DNA of 48,257 nucleotides from Fimbriiglobus sp. (GTDB lineage Bacteria; Planctomycetota; Planctomycetia; Gemmatales; Gemmataceae), in NCBI GenBank assembly GCA_031414395.1, contig JANNVG010000850.1:1-48257 (forward strand), read 5' to 3'. Positions 16,135 through 24,788 of this stretch are shown here, one piece after another. Below the pieces are notes generated by a model that ran no database searches, had not been told where the DNA came from, and saw only the letters and a program-made list of their open reading frames with translations. Every line of letters begins with the position of its first letter. The stretch's first letter is position 1. The position numbers and the translations under genes are program-made.

Positions 16135-16601
16135 GCGACCTCCTGGTCAGGGTTTTTGCGGCGGCGCACCTTTTTGCGGCGGAGACAATCGAGTGACGTC
16201 CCAAACTCGCACCGTTGGCAGCGGCACCCGCGGTTGTAGGTGACGCGCAGACCGTGGGATGCGTTGGGTCCGTTGCGGTTCAGAATGTCGACGACGGACC
16301 CGTCGAGCCGCCCGATGTGTTCGTCGATCGCGGCGGCCCACATCGCCGGGTCGGCGTCTTTCTGGTTGTACGCGCGGGCGAGTCCGCGTCGGATGTCGGC
16401 GCCGGCACCACCCCAGATGCCGTTCTCTTCGTTGCGGTCCAGCGCGGCTCGGAGGCATTCGATGAGAACGGGGCAGGCGGCGCAGATCTGTTTGGCTTCG
16501 GCGCCGTGGTTGGGTTGGCCGGCGTCGAGTTCGGGGAACCACAGGTCGGGGTTCGGATGGTTTTTGCAGGCGGCGAGCGCCTCCCATTTGCGGTCAGTCA
16601 T
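16131..16601 (-). CDS. whiB: WhiB-family transcription factor with C-terminal extension
   Basis: Trimmed to ATG 16601 (AAGGAG RBS). It has C-X(n)-CAACPVLIEC, GIWGG, and then a ~70-aa Cys-containing tail. Confidence 0.8.
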   Translation of the reverse strand: MTDRKWEALAACKNHPNPDLWFPELDAGQPNHGAEAKQICAACPVLIECLRAALDRNEENGIWGGAGADIRRGLARAYNQKDADPAMWAAAIDEHIGRLDGSVVDILNRNGPNASHGLRVTYNRGCRCQRCEFGTSLDCLRRKKVRRRKNPDQEVA

Positions 16602-17382
16602 GGGGTTCTCCTTCGACAGTCGATTCGATTGCGGCCCGTAACAGCCCGGGGATTTCCTCCCGCCACAGCACATCGATCACGGTGCGCTGCTCCGGTAGCC
16701 GCTCGCTGAGCATGGTCAGGACGGCCCGCATGAACCCTCGGAGCACCACGGCGATGCGTTGGGCTTGGTCTTCAGCCAACTGGATTTGCCGTTCGGAAAC
16801 ACCGGCGTCCAACGCCATTTTGCAGATCTTGGCCTGCGATTCGGTCCACACGCGGAGCAGCTCGAGGAGGACGTGCGGTTTCGGGTCGCCTTGGTGATCG
16901 GCACCCCACATCGCACTGTTTTCGTTTCGCCACGAGACTGTCACCCCGCCCCGATCGCCGTAGACCTGGTCGACGGCGACGTCCGGTTTCAGGTCCAGTT
17001 CGCCGCACATCAGCCACAGGGCCCGGGCCATCAACGTCGTCCGGTCCACCGCCTCCAAAAGCGAATCCAACGAGTCAATGCGTTCGTCGGGGCGGCGGAC
17101 CTGGCCGAGGAGCTCGGCGAGCTCACCGGCGAACCGGGTCGCTTCAGCCCGGGCGATCCGCCGTTTGCCGGCGGCTTTCGCCGCGGCGGTGCCGCCACCG
17201 TGAAACGCGCACGTGCGCTGTCCGACGGATGGCGGACGTTGACACGGCGGGTTCTTTCGCTGCTTGGTGTGCGCTACGCAGGCGGGGCCGCCGTGCCGGG
17301 TGAGATGCTGCATCCCACATTTCGGGCACGGCGAAGTCCACGGCGGCCCTGTCCGCACGATCGATCCTTGTGCCCCGGTCAC
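16594..17382 (-). CDS. Hypothetical protein with N-terminal zinc-ribbon / C..HGG motifs
   Basis: Track ORF with CPKCG...TRHGGPAC...CAFHGGG and then a helical domain. Small terminase or a regulator are both possible. Confidence 0.5.
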   Translation of the reverse strand: MTGAQGSIVRTGPPWTSPCPKCGMQHLTRHGGPACVAHTKQRKNPPCQRPPSVGQRTCAFHGGGTAAAKAAGKRRIARAEATRFAGELAELLGQVRRPDERIDSLDSLLEAVDRTTLMARALWLMCGELDLKPDVAVDQVYGDRGGVTVSWRNENSAMWGADHQGDPKPHVLLELLRVWTESQAKICKMALDAGVSERQIQLAEDQAQRIAVVLRGFMRAVLTMLSERLPEQRTVIDVLWREEIPGLLRAAIESTVEGEPHD

Positions 17383-17762
17383 GTGTCATCACCGGGCCGA
17401 TAGTCGGCGGGGTCCGCCATGAAGGCGGGGATGCACTCGGGGACAGCGGCGAGGTGGGTGCGGTGTTCGGTGAGTTGTGTTCGGATGTCGGCCGGTGATG
17501 TTGCTGGTGCGGGTGTCGGGATCGGTTGAAGGTCGGCGAGGGCTTCGATTTCGGTTTGTCGGGCGGCGGTTTGGTCGGGGGTTTCGGTGATGCGCCGCAT
17601 CTGGGCTCGTTGGGCGGGGTCGTCGATGGGTGCCGGTCGGTTCGGTGGTCGGGCGTCGGGTTGGTCGGTGCGGGTGTCGAGGTCGCGTTTGATGCTGGCG
17701 ATCAGGTCGAGGATCGTGGTTTGTTGCCGGAGGATGAGGTCAAGTTTTTCGTCTCTGGTCAT
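17379..17762 (-). CDS. Hypothetical protein
   Basis: Track ORF 17379..17876 trimmed to ATG 17762 (MTRDEKLDL...), ATGA overlap with the upstream stop. Confidence 0.55.
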   Translation of the reverse strand: MTRDEKLDLILRQQTTILDLIASIKRDLDTRTDQPDARPPNRPAPIDDPAQRAQMRRITETPDQTAARQTEIEALADLQPIPTPAPATSPADIRTQLTEHRTHLAAVPECIPAFMADPADYRPGDDT

Positions 17763-18541
17763 GCGGCGCGTTCTTCTCGGAGGATCGTGACGAGCGTGTA
17801 TGGCTCGACGTCGGGGTACAGCTGTGCGAGTCGTTCGAGGTCGGCGCCGTCTCGTTGTGTGGCTGTGGCCAGGCATTTGGCGAGGACGGCGGGGCGGTGT
17901 CGGACGTTGGGGATGCTGTCGGTGTCGGCGTTGGCGATGATCGTGAGGGCGTTGGTTACCCGTGGGTCTCTCTGGGTTTGGTCCCCATCGGTTGATGAGA
18001 GAGAACTGTCGATGAAACCAAGAGAAGAGGACGGGTCGGGTCGGGTCGGGTCGGGGGGACCGTGACTAGCGGCGTGAGTCACGGCGTGACGGTCGTCGGT
18101 GTCACTGTGTGAGTCACGGCGTGACTTCGTCAGAAGTTCTTGCCGTTCGGGTTCGTCTTTCACAGCTTTTCCGAGGGCCGCTTTTTCTCGTGCTCGGCGT
18201 TGGCGTTCGGCGGCGGCGTGACGGTCGGCTTCGACCTCGGCCCGGGACTTCTGATATTTGAGGTAGTCGTGGATGAGGTAGTGACCTGGAGGGCACGGGT
18301 CGCAGGTCGGGCAGGTGTGGTCGGGTTCATGCCACATTCCTTCGTCGATGAGCCGGCGGATCTGCTGGTTGGCTTTGGGGACTTCGGCGATGCGTGGCGC
18401 TTTGGACGCGATGATGAGGCCGTCCGTGAGGTAGGTCGCGCAGTGGCAGAGCGCGGCGACGTGGAGCCACGCTGCGAGCGGGCCGGCGGCTTCGGTTTTG
18501 GGGTGTCCGGCGAACTGGTCGTCGAGTTTGACCCATGTCAT
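17759..18541 (-). CDS. Putative replication-organiser/DNA-binding protein
   Basis: Track ORF 17759..18904 trimmed to ATG 18541. The MTWVKLDDQFAGHPK... N-terminus is typical of phage replisome-organiser/DnaD-like wHTH proteins. The extension removed from the N-terminus is Pro/Arg-rich and looks non-coding. Confidence 0.45.
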   Translation of the reverse strand: MTWVKLDDQFAGHPKTEAAGPLAAWLHVAALCHCATYLTDGLIIASKAPRIAEVPKANQQIRRLIDEGMWHEPDHTCPTCDPCPPGHYLIHDYLKYQKSRAEVEADRHAAAERQRRAREKAALGKAVKDEPERQELLTKSRRDSHSDTDDRHAVTHAASHGPPDPTRPDPSSSLGFIDSSLSSTDGDQTQRDPRVTNALTIIANADTDSIPNVRHRPAVLAKCLATATQRDGADLERLAQLYPDVEPYTLVTILREERAA

Positions 18542-18852
18542 CAGGTGGGGTCTTTCGGTCGGAGGCGAACAAGGACGATCAGGCCGTGTTCGAGTTGGAA
18601 GCGTTTGGAGTCCAATGTGTGGGTGGCGATGTGGCGGGCGCCGACGACGGCCGGGTCGGAGGGCGGTCGGCCGCGAGGTTGGGGCCGGTCGGGGACGAGC
18701 CGGACGCGGTTGCGGTTGTGGGTGGTGAGGCGGGTGGCGTGGCCGGGGGGGATGAGGGGCATGATTTGGTTGACGATGTCGGTTCTCGGGTGCCATTGGC
18801 CGTCGGTGAGGAGTTCGATGGCCCGGGCGGCCCACGGGGTGAGCGGTCGCAT
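18541..18852 (-). CDS. Hypothetical protein
   Basis: Tail of track ORF 18541..19248, from ATG 18852 (MRPLTPWAARAIELL...). ATGA-coupled upstream. Confidence 0.5.
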   Translation of the reverse strand: MRPLTPWAARAIELLTDGQWHPRTDIVNQIMPLIPPGHATRLTTHNRNRVRLVPDRPQPRGRPPSDPAVVGARHIATHTLDSKRFQLEHGLIVLVRLRPKDPT

Positions 18853-19040
18853 CAGGTGAGGCCTTCCCGGTACCAGTCGACATGGGCGGTGGTGCTCCGC
18901 ACATACTTGTCGTGGGCGAGGGCCTCGAACATGTCGGTGAGGGCGTTGTCGAGGAGTTCGGCGACGTGTTGGCGTTTGGTGGGGGTGAGGTCGTCGAACC
19001 GGATGGTGATGTGGGCGACGATGGTCGGCTGCGGACTCAT
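18852..19040 (-). CDS. Hypothetical protein (62 aa)
   Basis: Tail of track ORF 18852..19406, from ATG 19040 (MSPQPTIVAHITIRF...). ATGA overlap with 19037..19303. Confidence 0.5.
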   Translation of the reverse strand: MSPQPTIVAHITIRFDDLTPTKRQHVAELLDNALTDMFEALAHDKYVRSTTAHVDWYREGLT

Positions 19041-19303
19041 TTGTTGGCGGCTTTCTCGATGATGGTGGCGATGGTGTCCCACAGGGCGCAGTAGGCGGTG
19101 TCGTCCCCGTCGTCGAGGATCTGGTTGGCGTGGCCGCGAACGTCGGACGGCATTTCCCACCAGGAGACGTCGGGGGTTTCTCCGTCGAGTTCGACGGTGT
19201 AGAAGGCTTGGCCGGTCCAGTCCGGGTCGGGGTCGGGGCAGATAGCAATGCTGCGCCCGGGGATGGAGACGAGAGGTCCCGAGGTGATCACGGGGCCGCT
19301 CAT
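19037..19303 (-). CDS. Hypothetical acidic protein
   Basis: Track ORF of 88 aa, ATGA-coupled to the ParB-like gene. Confidence 0.6.
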   Translation of the reverse strand: MSGPVITSGPLVSIPGRSIAICPDPDPDWTGQAFYTVELDGETPDVSWWEMPSDVRGHANQILDDGDDTAYCALWDTIATIIEKAANK

Positions 19304-20301
19304 GATGCGAGTGCTTTGTCGATGGCGATGAGGGCGGTGACCGTGCGCTTGATCTCGGTGCGCATCGTGCGGCGGGCGTCGACCCCGGGGGCGGACTCAT
19401 CAACATCGATCGGGTTCACATTGGCAAGCTGATTGAGGGACCGGGCCGTCAACGTGAACGCCGTTTCGGCCCGTGCCCGTTTCCCCGGTTTGATCTTGCT
19501 GGCTGCCCGGGCCTGGAGGTCGTCGAGGAGCTCGGTGTGCGCCTGGGCGATCACGGCGAGGGCGGCGGCCTCCGACGTTTTCGCGGCCGCAGTGACCGTC
19601 GTACAGAGCCCTTTGGTTTGGGGGGCGGTCAGTCCGGACTGCACCGTGAGGGCGGCGGCGGCGGCGAAGATCGGGTCGGCGGTGATCGTGCGATGTAACG
19701 TGAGTTTCGTGGAGGCGGCGAGCAGGTGGAACCCGTTGATGGTGAGGGTTCGGGCTCGTTGGTCGGCGGCCCGTTCGGCCCGGTAGGTGGAGATCTCCGA
19801 TTCGCCGACGCCGACGGTTTGGGCGGCGGCGCGTTGTTCCATACCCATGGCGACCAGGTGGGCGCCTTGGGCGATCCGTTCGGTTTTGGAGGGTTGGGCG
19901 CCGTGGCGCAAATTGTCGGCGTAGGCCAATGGCATGACCGCGTTGTCGGTGCATTCGATGATGAACGCCGGGTGGGTGGTGAGGTGTTCGGCGAGGGCGG
20001 CGGTGGTGCGGTGGTTCCCGCCGACCGTCACCAACTTCGCTTTCGATGATGCCTGCCGGACGATGATCGCGGGGAACGGGTCGCCGTTGCGGTACCCCTG
20101 CCGGTACAAATCAACCGTGTCCGCGATCAGGGGTTCGGTGCGGGCCTGGTTGTGCCTCGACTTCTCCAGGTTGATGCGGGCCAACTCGAGGGCGGGGTGG
20201 TACGTCCACGCGATGTGGAGGGCGTCGAGGTGGTCGGCGGTTTCCTGGTCGCGGGCCGGTAGCGGGGTGGCCAGGTTGTGGATGGTGGCGGTGTTGGTCA
20301 T
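19300..20301 (-). CDS. ParB-like N-terminal (nuclease/CTPase-fold) domain protein
   Basis: Track ORF with ...LVTVGGNHRTTAAL..., resembling the ParB/Srx GxxR box, followed by an HTH-like segment. Confidence 0.6.
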   Translation of the reverse strand: MTNTATIHNLATPLPARDQETADHLDALHIAWTYHPALELARINLEKSRHNQARTEPLIADTVDLYRQGYRNGDPFPAIIVRQASSKAKLVTVGGNHRTTAALAEHLTTHPAFIIECTDNAVMPLAYADNLRHGAQPSKTERIAQGAHLVAMGMEQRAAAQTVGVGESEISTYRAERAADQRARTLTINGFHLLAASTKLTLHRTITADPIFAAAAALTVQSGLTAPQTKGLCTTVTAAAKTSEAAALAVIAQAHTELLDDLQARAASKIKPGKRARAETAFTLTARSLNQLANVNPIDVDESAPGVDARRTMRTEIKRTVTALIAIDKALAS

Positions 20302-20615
20302 GCCGGTTCGCTTCTTTCAGTTGGTCGGTCGGCCCGGCGGGATATGCCGAGCCGGGTGTAGCGGCGGCGACGGATGGAGGTCCGACCGGGCTCGGTGGTC
20401 CCGCCCCAGGTGCCGGCCTCGTGGTTATCGAGGGCGTGGTTGAGGCATTCGCTACGGACCGGGCATGCGGCGCACAGTGCGGCGGCCGTCGGGTCGATCT
20501 CGTTCGGTTCGCGGGGGAAGAAGATCTTGGTGCGGTACCCGTGACAGGCCGCCTGGTCCCACCAGTCGACGTCGACTGCGCTCATGGTGTCGTGGGCGTG
20601 TTGCCGGGACATCAC
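20298..20615 (-). CDS. whiB: WhiB-family transcription factor
   Basis: Track ORF with C-X21-CAACPVRSEC and GTWGG. Confidence 0.8.
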   Translation of the reverse strand: MMSRQHAHDTMSAVDVDWWDQAACHGYRTKIFFPREPNEIDPTAAALCAACPVRSECLNHALDNHEAGTWGGTTEPGRTSIRRRRYTRLGISRRADRPTERSEPA

Positions 20616-22021
20616 GCCGTCTCCATCGCTTCACGAACCCGGCCAACAATCCATTCCATGACCGGTGGGGTCACCGCGTTGCCAGCGAGCTTGATCTGAT
20701 CCTTTTTTGTGAGGGTGCGGGGGATGTAGCCGGGTGGGAATGCCATGGCGGCGGCGCACTCGTACGGTTCGAGCATGCGAAACCCGCAGTCGGCGACGGC
20801 TTGGGCGGTGTCGATGTAGGCGAACCGGTCGCGGGTCGGGATGGTCGGTACGGGCCGGTCGGTGGGCTGTGGGATCGACGTCCCGTAGTACGGCACAAGT
20901 AGGGACTGGTGACCGGAAGCGGTGAGGGTTCGTGCGGGTTCGGTGGCCGGAGTGACCATCTCGGGTCCGCCGCTGTTGTTCCGCATGAGGAGCCCGTGGT
21001 GGGTTCCGCCCGCGGTCAGCGTGTGGGCGGGCTTGGAGGTCGGGTAGGCGTGACCGTTGCGGCGGAGGGGCACCATCATCGCTGGCGGTGTCGCGAGGGC
21101 GTGGGTCGATGTGGTTTGCTGAACGGCGACGGGTGCGGTCAGTGGGCGGGCCCGGTTGCCGGGCGTCGTTTCGTAGGTGTTCCCCGCCCCGGCGGTGATG
21201 ATGGGGAGCCAGCCGTACCGCTCTAGCCCGGCGAGGATTCGGGCGTTCGTCGCGGGGGCGAGGGGTTTGGTTCGGTCACCGATCCGGGGGCAGGGCAGCG
21301 ACCAGTCAAGAATGTCGTTCGCGGGGCGGGTGGCGGGTTCGCCGCGGGTGCCGCACTGGGCGCATGACCACAGCCACTGTTGATCGTACCGGCCGACTGT
21401 TCGGCCGTTCTTCCATGTTTGGCGCATGATGCTGTCACGGTCACATCGTGGGCATCGGGCGGTGCGTTCCATGTCGAGGTTGATGGTGAGGCCGTTGCGC
21501 CAGAACACGATGTAGATCCGGTCACGGGATTGGGGCACGCCGTGGTGCATTGAGTTCGTCGAGATCACCCGATGCTGATAACCAAGGTCGGCCATCGCTA
21601 CATGCCAGCCGCGCCACCCCACCCACTTCGTGGCCTCGACCACGTTCTCGACAACGATCACGTCGTAGCGGAGTTGTTCGGCGAACCGGACCACATCCCA
21701 CATCGTCGCCCTCGACCGTTCCGCGGCGGGGTCGGGTGCGTCCCACAGTGATGGGTCTTGCTGTTTCCGGGACACCCCGCGGGCCTGCGAGTGGTTTGTG
21801 CATTCGGGGGATGCGAGAAGGATGTTTGTGCGCGGGTAGCGGCGAGGGTCGGCTTGGGAGATGTCGGCGCAGTCATGGCCGGCGGCGGGGAAGTGTGCCT
21901 GGTGGACGTCGACGGCGGTCTGCCAATGGTTCGCGGCCATTACCAGTTCGACGCCCGCGGTTTTCGCGCCGAGCGATGATCCGCCGGCCCCGCAGAATAG
22001 GTCGGTTGCGGTGAGGCTCAC
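20612..22021 (-). CDS. DNA (cytosine-5)-methyltransferase, orphan
   Basis: Motif I DLFCGAGG, catalytic SPEC(T), and ENV (VVENV). No cognate endonuclease gene nearby. Confidence 0.85.
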   Translation of the reverse strand: MSLTATDLFCGAGGSSLGAKTAGVELVMAANHWQTAVDVHQAHFPAAGHDCADISQADPRRYPRTNILLASPECTNHSQARGVSRKQQDPSLWDAPDPAAERSRATMWDVVRFAEQLRYDVIVVENVVEATKWVGWRGWHVAMADLGYQHRVISTNSMHHGVPQSRDRIYIVFWRNGLTINLDMERTARCPRCDRDSIMRQTWKNGRTVGRYDQQWLWSCAQCGTRGEPATRPANDILDWSLPCPRIGDRTKPLAPATNARILAGLERYGWLPIITAGAGNTYETTPGNRARPLTAPVAVQQTTSTHALATPPAMMVPLRRNGHAYPTSKPAHTLTAGGTHHGLLMRNNSGGPEMVTPATEPARTLTASGHQSLLVPYYGTSIPQPTDRPVPTIPTRDRFAYIDTAQAVADCGFRMLEPYECAAAMAFPPGYIPRTLTKKDQIKLAGNAVTPPVMEWIVGRVREAMETA

Positions 22022-22320
22022 GCGGCAGCCTTGCGTCGGCGGGCGGTGTTCGCGGCGAGTTTCCGTTCATAAGCGGCGGCGTGCCGGTCGTCTGCGGCCG
22101 TCCATTCGCGTTCCCATTCGATCGGCCAGACGGTCGCGGGGTGCCATCCGCCGGTGCACGCGGCCCGGTCCGAGATCGGGAGCGGAACCCCGTCGTGTTG
22201 CCAGCGGGCCACGGTGCGGGGGGTGACCCTGAGCAGTTCGGCGTATTCGGCGAGGGTGGCATCAGGGTGGGCGATCGCGACGGCGAGCGGGGCCCACGGG
22301 AGACGAACTGTGCCGGTCAT
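22018..22320 (-). CDS. HTH DNA-binding protein
   Basis: Track ORF with LAEYAELLRVTPRTVARWQHDG. Confidence 0.6.
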   Translation of the reverse strand: MTGTVRLPWAPLAVAIAHPDATLAEYAELLRVTPRTVARWQHDGVPLPISDRAACTGGWHPATVWPIEWEREWTAADDRHAAAYERKLAANTARRRKAAA

Positions 22321-22514
22321 CGTCCTACCTGACCACGCGGGGCCTGCCCCATGTAAGGGGCGAAACCCTGGGAATCTCCGACGAGACGCTGGTATTCGCG
22401 GTACACGGGTGACAGGCCGACCCGTTCGGCGGTTTGGGCGCGGCGAATGGATTTGCAGAGGGCGAGGACGGCGTCGCAGATTTCGTCGTCGCGGCGGTCC
22501 TGCTCGGCGGTCAT
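22317..22514 (-). CDS. Hypothetical protein (65 aa)
   Basis: Track ORF 22317..22628 trimmed to ATG 22514 (MTAEQDRRDDE...), ATGA overlap. Confidence 0.5.
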   Translation of the reverse strand: MTAEQDRRDDEICDAVLALCKSIRRAQTAERVGLSPVYREYQRLVGDSQGFAPYMGQAPRGQVGR

Positions 22515-22696
22515 CGCAGCGACCTCGGTCGCGATGACGGGTGTTCGATGCGTTCCAGGTCGGCTTTCAGTTGCGCCCGGTCGTCGTACCAGTCGCACAG
22601 CTCGTGGTCGATGTCCCGGTTGACGCACAGGACGTAGATGGCGGTGAGGGCGGCGAGTAGGGCCAGGCCGATGAGATTCCAGGGAACGTCATACAT
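22511..22696 (-). CDS. Small membrane protein (1 TM)
   Basis: Track ORF with the hydrophobic segment LIGLALLAALTAIYVLCV. Its start overlaps the stop of the (XG)n ORF. Confidence 0.6.
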   Translation of the reverse strand: MYDVPWNLIGLALLAALTAIYVLCVNRDIDHELCDWYDDRAQLKADLERIEHPSSRPRSLR

Positions 22697-22943
22697 AGCC
22701 GCCGCCGTTGCCGTAGCCGTAGCCGTTGCCGTAGCCGTCGCCGTAGCCGTAGCCGTAGCCGTTGCCGTCGCCGTAGCCGTAGCCGTCGCCGTCGCCGTCG
22801 CCGCCGCCGTAGCCGTAGCCGTCGCCGTAGCCGTCGCCGTCGCCGTAGCCGTAGCCGTCGCCGCCGCCGCCGCCGTAGCCGCCGCCGTTGCCGTTGCCGT
22901 TGCCGTTGCCGTCGCCGTCGCCGTCGCCGCCGCCGTTCACCAT
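22689..22943 (-). CDS. (X-Gly)n low-complexity protein A (84 aa; only G/Y/D/N between residues 3 and 83)
   Basis: Track ORF. Gly occupies every even position from residue 4 to 82. The ATG overlaps the upstream stop (ATGGTGA) and the stop overlaps the downstream ATG. Confidence 0.55.
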   Translation of the reverse strand: MVNGGGDGDGDGNGNGNGNGGGYGGGGGDGYGYGDGDGYGDGYGYGGGDGDGDGYGYGDGNGYGYGYGDGYGNGYGYGNGGGYV

Positions 22944-23260
22944 TTGTCGGGGTCACAGTCAATCGTGAACAGCACCGCACCGGCGTCGACAACCACGGTC
23001 CCGTTGCAGGGGTCGAGAATGGTCTTGTTGGTCGGGCCGTTTTTGGCGATTTGGCCGAGTCCGGTGGTGGTGCCCCAATACCGGATGACCTTTGCGTCGG
23101 TGAGGGTGATGGCCCCGTCGTCGTCCATGTCGGTGAGATGCCCGACGAGGTTCCACCGGTCTTTCAACACCAGGATTTTTACCGGGCTGTCGGTGGGGAT
23201 GAGCGAGTCGGCCCGGATGTATTCGGTGCCGGCGATACTGATGGTGGTGGGGGTGGTCAT
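22937..23260 (-). CDS. Conserved 107-aa protein, paralog A
   Basis: Track ORF 22937..23464 trimmed to ATG 23260 (MTTPTTISIAGTEY...VIRYWGTTTGLGQIAKNGPT...). Near-identical to 24058..24381. Confidence 0.7.
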   Translation of the reverse strand: MTTPTTISIAGTEYIRADSLIPTDSPVKILVLKDRWNLVGHLTDMDDDGAITLTDAKVIRYWGTTTGLGQIAKNGPTNKTILDPCNGTVVVDAGAVLFTIDCDPDKW

Positions 23261-23285
23261 AGCTTCCTTTGGGTTGGTTTGTTGT
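22937..23285. repeat. 349-bp dispersed duplication, copy A (pairs with 24058..24406)
   Basis: By-eye alignment shows roughly 90% identity. It covers the 107-aa gene, its RBS leader and the first codons of the (XG)n gene. Confidence 0.8.
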
Positions 23286-23289
23286 GTGG

Positions 23290-23670
23290 TCATGTGTCCG
23301 TCTCCGCGTCTAGGGCGTGGGTTGCGTCGCCGGGTGTTGTCGGCCATATCCCGGTCATCATCGGGTTCGTCTCCGGGTTCCCTTGTCCCAGAATTGTGCG
23401 CAGCAGATCGCCGACCGGGGCGTGCAAACAGCCGGGGTGCAAGTGGTAGGTATGGGCGCAACACGTAGCGTCGTCACGGAGGCAATCGGCGGCGGCATGA
23501 CGAATCAAATCGTCCCGCTCCCGAATCAACTCTTTGAGGAAGGCGACCGTTTTCGTTTCCTCGCCGGACAACTGGTCGGCAATACCGTTGATCCGGGCGG
23601 CGTACCCGGTCAGATCCACCGCAGCGAGATCGACGGCCAACGACCGCAATTCCCACACAACGTCACTCAT
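23290..23670 (-). CDS. Hypothetical protein (126 aa)
   Basis: Track ORF 23290..23733 trimmed to ATG 23670 (MSDVVWELRS...), ATGA overlap. Confidence 0.55.
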   Translation of the reverse strand: MSDVVWELRSLAVDLAAVDLTGYAARINGIADQLSGEETKTVAFLKELIRERDDLIRHAAADCLRDDATCCAHTYHLHPGCLHAPVGDLLRTILGQGNPETNPMMTGIWPTTPGDATHALDAETDT

Positions 23671-23709
23671 AGCAACCCCATTTCGATCAGGTGGGCCAGG
23701 GCGTCGCTG
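23663..23709. repeat. 47-bp gene-boundary repeat, copy 1 (pairs with 25457..25503)
   Basis: TCACTCATAGCAACCCCATTTCGATCAGGTG(G/A)GCCAGGGCGTCGCTG, one mismatch. It spans the stop of one ORF and the start of the next. Confidence 0.8.
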
Positions 23710-23860
23710 ACTCGGCCTCGTGCGTCCACACACTCGGGCAACGTCGCGTCAATGATCCGGGTTTGGACGGCCCTAAGGTGTTGTTGAGCGACCGCGTAAT
23801 CGCGCCATGCGTTGCGTTGCTCGCGTAACACATCACAGTTATCGCACCGAGGCAGATCGG

Positions 23861-23864
<4 letters not shown>
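23667..23864 (-). CDS. Hypothetical CxxC protein (65 aa)
   Basis: Tail of track ORF 23667..24113, from ATG 23864 (MTDLPRCDNCDVLRE...HLIEMGLL). ATGA overlap with the (XG)n B stop. Confidence 0.55.
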
Positions 23865-24057
<193 letters not shown>

Positions 24058-24064
<7 letters not shown>

Positions 24065-24381
24065 TTGTCGGGGTCACAGTCAATCGTGAACAGCACCGCC
24101 GCGGCCTCGACAACCACGGTCCCGTTGCAGGGGTCGAGAATGGTTTTGTTGGTCGGCCCGTTTTTGGCGATCTGGCCGAGTCCAGCAGTGGTGCCCCAGT
24201 ATCGGATGACTTTCGCGTCGGTCAGGGTGATGGCCCCGTCGTCGTCCATGTCGGTGAGATGCCCGACGAGGTTCCACCGGTCTTTCAGGACCAGGATCTT
24301 TACCGGGCTGTCGGTGGGGATGAAGGAGTCGGCCCGGATGTATTCGGTGCCGTCAATGCTGATAGTGGTGGGGGTGGTCAT
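24058..24381 (-). CDS. Conserved 107-aa protein, paralog B
   Basis: Track ORF. Differs from paralog A at only a handful of residues. Confidence 0.7.
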
Positions 24382-24406
24382 AGCTTCCTTTGGGTTGGTT
24401 TGTTGT
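24058..24406. repeat. 349-bp dispersed duplication, copy B
   Basis: See copy A. Confidence 0.8.
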
Positions 24407-24788
24407 CGGGGTTGTTGTCAGGTAGTTCGAGGATGTGTTCCGCCATTTTTGTGTCGGCCTGGAACCAGGACACTTCGGCGGCGATCAGGTCCACGAGACG
24501 CTGGGCAACCTCGATGATTTCGGGGTTGTTGGATGGTCGGCCGTGCTGCCACGGGTCGTCGGTGAACACGCCGGTATCGGACGTGTGCTCTTCGATCCAT
24601 TCGACCACTGTCGCGGCGTCGGGGATCTGGGTGGCCGGGTCGGTAACCGACCATTCTTCGATGATCCACGGACCAAGGTTGTCGTCGTCGAGTAGCGGTT
24701 CGATGGACAGTTCCCACACATCCATAAGTTCTGATCGGAGGGTTTCGTCTCCGGGTTGGCCGTACAAACGGGCGGGCGGGGTGCTCAT
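24378..24788 (-). CDS. Hypothetical acidic protein (136 aa)
   Basis: Track ORF 24378..24971 trimmed to ATG 24788 (MSTPPARLYGQPG...), ATGA overlaps on both ends. Confidence 0.55.
   Translation of the reverse strand: MSTPPARLYGQPGDETLRSELMDVWELSIEPLLDDDNLGPWIIEEWSVTDPATQIPDAATVVEWIEEHTSDTGVFTDDPWQHGRPSNNPEIIEVAQRLVDLIAAEVSWFQADTKMAEHILELPDNNPDNKPTQRKL

Noticed and set aside
17759-18904. Long N-terminal extensions of many track ORFs (e.g. 17759..18904, 8912..10048, 45725..46957, 42261..43247, 26704..27420, 29879..30586).
   Set aside because: The extensions are Pro/Arg-rich and overlap the upstream gene in another frame. Internal ATG/GTG codons forming ATGA/GTGA overlaps with the upstream stop give compact, sensible proteins.
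22638-23468. Alternative readings of the GCCGTN repeat tracts: poly-(Ala-Val) on the plus strand (22638..23468, 23807..24517) and Arg/Leu/Gln-rich on the minus strand (22567..22992, 23667..24113).
   Set aside because: Only the G/Y/D/N frame has a start and stop that overlap the flanking genes in both copies. The other frames run through neighbouring genes out of frame. This cannot be fully excluded without expression data.
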